Source: Enterobacterales bacterium (GTDB taxonomy: Bacteria > Pseudomonadota > Gammaproteobacteria > Enterobacterales > Enterobacteriaceae). From it: 32,000 bases of DNA. The stretch spans positions 6,042 through 38,041 of the forward strand of contig JAATFO010000066.1 of the NCBI GenBank assembly GCA_015655145.1, in the 5' to 3' direction. The notes beneath the pieces were generated by a model. It saw only the letters and a program-made list of their open reading frames with translations, ran no database searches and had not been told where the DNA came from. Shown one piece after another: positions 31,225-32,000 of the stretch. The position numbers and the translations under genes are program-made. How positions within the stretch are numbered: the first letter of the stretch is position 1; each line of letters starts with the position of its first letter.

Positions 31225-32000
31225 TCAGAAACTGGCATTGCGAGGTGTGCGTGGGAAGGGAATCACATCGCGTACGTTTTGTACTCCTGTCACATAGACA
31301 ATTAAACGTTCGAACCCTAAGCCGAAACCTGAATGCGGCACTGTGCCATAGCGGCGCAAATCACGGTACCACCAATAATCTTCTTTTTTCAGGCCCATTT
31401 CATCAAGGCGTTTATCCAGAACATCAAGACGTTCTTCACGCTGCGAACCACCGATAATTTCACCAATACCAGGTGCTAATACATCCATGGCGGCAACGGT
31501 TTTTCCGTCATCATTCAAGCGCATATAGAAAGCTTTGATATCCTTCGGGTAGTTTTTAACCACTACCGGCGCTTTAAAATATTGCTCGGCCAGATAACGT
31601 TCATGTTCAGACGAGAGATCGATGCCCCAGCTAACTGGATTTTCGAATTTCTGTGGACAGGCCAACAGAATCTTGATTGCGTCGGTATAATCCACCTGAG
31701 CAAAATCAGTTGTGACAAATTTTTCGAGGCGGGAAATCGCTTCTTTGTCTACGCGTTCAGCAAAGAAGGCCATATCATCGGCCCGTTCTTTCAGTACGGC
31801 GGTAAAGACATACTTCAGCATTGCTTCTGCGAGACCGGCAATATCATCCAGGCTGGCGAAAGCCACTTCGGGTTCCAGCATCCAGAATTCTGCCAGATGA
31901 CGGCTGGTATTGGAGTTTTCAGCACGGAACGTGGGGCCAAACGTATAGACTTTTGAAAGTGCGCAGGCGTAGGTTTCACCATTCAACTGGCCGGATACTG
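31225..32000 (-). CDS. asnS: Asparagine--tRNA ligase, C-terminal part (gene continues beyond the window)
   Basis: The translation ...[42 protein letters not shown]...[34 protein letters not shown] matches the E. coli AsnS class II core and C-terminus. The frame stays open to position 32000. The ORF-track M at 31986 is an internal TTG (Leu). Confidence 0.95.
   Translation of the reverse strand, partial: VSGQLNGETYACALSKVYTFGPTFRAENSNTSRHLAEFWMLEPEVAFASLDDIAGLAEAMLKYVFTAVLKERADDMAFFAERVDKEAISRLEKFVTTDFAQVDYTDAIKILLACPQKFENPVSWGIDLSSEHERYLAEQYFKAPVVVKNYPKDIKAFYMRLNDDGKTVAAMDVLAPGIGEIIGGSQREERLDVLDKRLDEMGLKKEDYWWYRDLRRYGTVPHSGFGLGFERLIVYVTGVQNVRDVIPFPRTPRNASF

Noticed and set aside
1-32000. Search for a novel system, island or mobile element anywhere in the window (integrase, transposase, phage genes, TA pairs, defence genes, CRISPR-like spaced repeats, tRNA insertion targets).
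   Set aside because: Every ORF over about 180 aa maps to a known housekeeping gene in E. coli-like order. Intergenic gaps are short and explained by promoters, terminators or ERIC-like repeats. I saw no periodic direct repeats and no obviously atypical segment by eye. I therefore do not claim an undescribed system here.

Overview
This window is a conserved core-chromosome segment of an Enterobacterales genome, and I found no undescribed system in it. From my memory of the E. coli K-12 map near 21 min, the gene order is collinear: ycaO(-), serC-aroA, cmk-rpsA-ihfB, ycaI (ComEC/Rec2), msbA-lpxK, ycaQ, ycaR-kdsB, ycbJ, elyC(-), cmoM(smtA)-mukF-mukE-mukB, ldtD(ycbB), mepK(ycbK), gloC(ycbL), aspC(-), ompF(-), asnS(-, truncated by the window edge). 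The proteins are clearly diverged from E. coli, so this is another genus; I cannot name it.

Every long ORF corresponds to a well-known housekeeping, envelope or chromosome-maintenance gene. There is no integrase, transposase, phage, toxin-antitoxin, defence or CRISPR signature, and no tRNA or rRNA gene.

The only sequence not explained by genes and terminators is the 375-bp mukB-ldtD spacer. It appears to hold two tandem ERIC/IRU-like imperfect palindromic repeats, followed by a strong intrinsic terminator.

Other modest observations:
- ycaL is absent between aroA and cmk.
- The ompF control region is compressed. The OmpR F1-F3 boxes and the micF target are conserved, but there is no room for a distal F4 site.
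- An intrinsic-terminator-like hairpin sits between serC and aroA.
- There are several 4-nt ATGA coupling overlaps.
- ycbJ and elyC overlap convergently by 21 bp.
- Chi sites are skewed toward the + strand.

All homology statements rest on my recollection of E. coli sequences and reading by eye. No searches were run.
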